NCBI GenBank assembly: GCA_021825655.1
Contig: JAKAGU010000004.1
Span: 11,599-75,598, forward strand
Direction: 5' to 3'
DNA from: a bacterium
GTDB taxonomy: Bacteria; Patescibacteriota; Doudnabacteria; UBA920
Length of the DNA: 64,000 nt
Under the pieces are notes generated by a model, which saw only the letters and a program-made list of their open reading frames with translations, was not told the origin of the DNA and searched no databases. How positions within the stretch are numbered: the first letter of the stretch is position 1; each line of letters starts with the position of its first letter. The position numbers were made by a program, and so were the translations under genes. This document shows positions 63,211 to 64,000 of this stretch, piece by piece.

Positions 63211-63352
63211 TGCAACCCTCCTCAGAGTTGACTTGGAACTGGCGTACCTCGCGGCACGCTGCATGGTTTCCCGAAACAGCGTCTGCCGGGTACCACAGCG
63301 CCGCTAAAATTTTACTTTTAGCGGCACAAGGTACTTAGCAAGAAAATCAATC

Positions 63353-64000
63353 TTAATCTTTTTCTATCTGGGTCAGCTCGCCGAACACAACTAAGCGTTT
63401 GGCAGTCGAGCCCACGGGCCAGCAGGTGGAAAGAGCCACCACGGACTTGCCGGTATTGGCAAACTGTTCCTGATCAGTCGGCTTGTATTCTTTGCTGCCG
63501 GTGACCACATAATGCAGGCGGGCGTCCTTGCCGTTCTTTTGTACCACGGTAATCTTAAACGAGGTGTTCGCAGGCAGGTCGCCCAAAGTGGCAAAAATCT
63601 GATTATAGCTGCCCTTGGCCCAAATATAATTACTGGAGTGGCCGGAAATATAGGAGGTGCCGATTTGGCCCGGCAAGGCAGTGCCCGGATAATGCACTAC
63701 GCCGTTTTGCAAGTCGCGGGTGAAATTCTTCGTATCTGTCGTCCAAATCAAAGGCACATTAATGTTCAAGGAAGGGATTTCCAAACGGCCGGGAACGCTG
63801 GTATCCACATCCAAACCGTTAATACCCAAAGTGTCCTGGGCAACCGCGTTGGTGTTTGCGCCCGTGGCTGGAGCCGACAGGGGCTGAATATAATTTGTAG
63901 TGTTATTGTTTTGGGCGGGCAAGCCAAAAGTCGAATTGTTGTTCTGAACTGCACCAGTCTGGCTACCACCAGCTGAACTGTTGTTTAGCTGGAAAAGACT
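63353..64000 (-). CDS. Sortase (N-terminus outside the window)
   Basis: RLEIPSLNINVP, GVVHYPGTALPG, GHSS (His), LSTCWP (Cys), KRLVV (Arg); frame open to the window edge. Confidence 0.92.
   Translation of the reverse strand, partial: SLFQLNNSSAGGSQTGAVQNNNSTFGLPAQNNNTTNYIQPLSAPATGANTNAVAQDTLGINGLDVDTSVPGRLEIPSLNINVPLIWTTDTKNFTRDLQNGVVHYPGTALPGQIGTSYISGHSSNYIWAKGSYNQIFATLGDLPANTSFKITVVQKNGKDARLHYVVTGSKEYKPTDQEQFANTGKSVVALSTCWPVGSTAKRLVVFGELTQIEKD

Noticed and set aside
62209-63231. 340-aa plus-strand ORF
   Set aside because: Antisense to an ORF with SD and signal peptide; GC richness explains the open frame
1-64000. Alternative genetic code (TGA=Gly)
   Set aside because: TGA terminates full-length genes (murB at 23875, GTs at 28586 and 49002, M1 peptidase at 16539) and no gene is interrupted

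Overview
Chromosomal housekeeping and cell-envelope region of a bacterium using genetic code 11. Gene content points to Patescibacteria/CPR (inference): short AlaRS, stand-alone VirD4-like ATPase pair, sigma4/winged-HTH protein, baseplate-J-like membrane protein, compact RNase P RNA, and mostly SD-less A/T-rich start contexts. About 57 genes lie on the minus strand and only trxA on the plus strand. Contents: a dispersed peptidoglycan cluster (murJ, DUF4012, ftsW, murD, D-aminoacylase, mraY, dac; murG, patatin, murC/mpl, murB), secDF, secA, hpf, rnpB, the infA-rpmJ-rpsM-rpsK-rpsD-rpoA-rplQ-rplM-rpsI operon, alaS, a pgi-like gene, an S41 protease, and two glycosylation clusters. No CRISPR array, tRNA/rRNA, transposase or prophage was recognised. 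The most notable part is 45.6-64 kb, a candidate surface-display and glycosylation system. It holds a sortase and an adjacent 1213-aa APKTG-anchored adhesin with an (NTT)8 tract, a Phd/YefM-like domain fused to GalE behind a leader with a 13-bp inverted repeat, and two secreted enzymes (S8 protease and a putative lysozyme-fold protein) sharing a ~59-aa repeat, all next to a Wzx/O-ligase glycosyltransferase locus. All family calls are motif recognition by eye; no searches were run.
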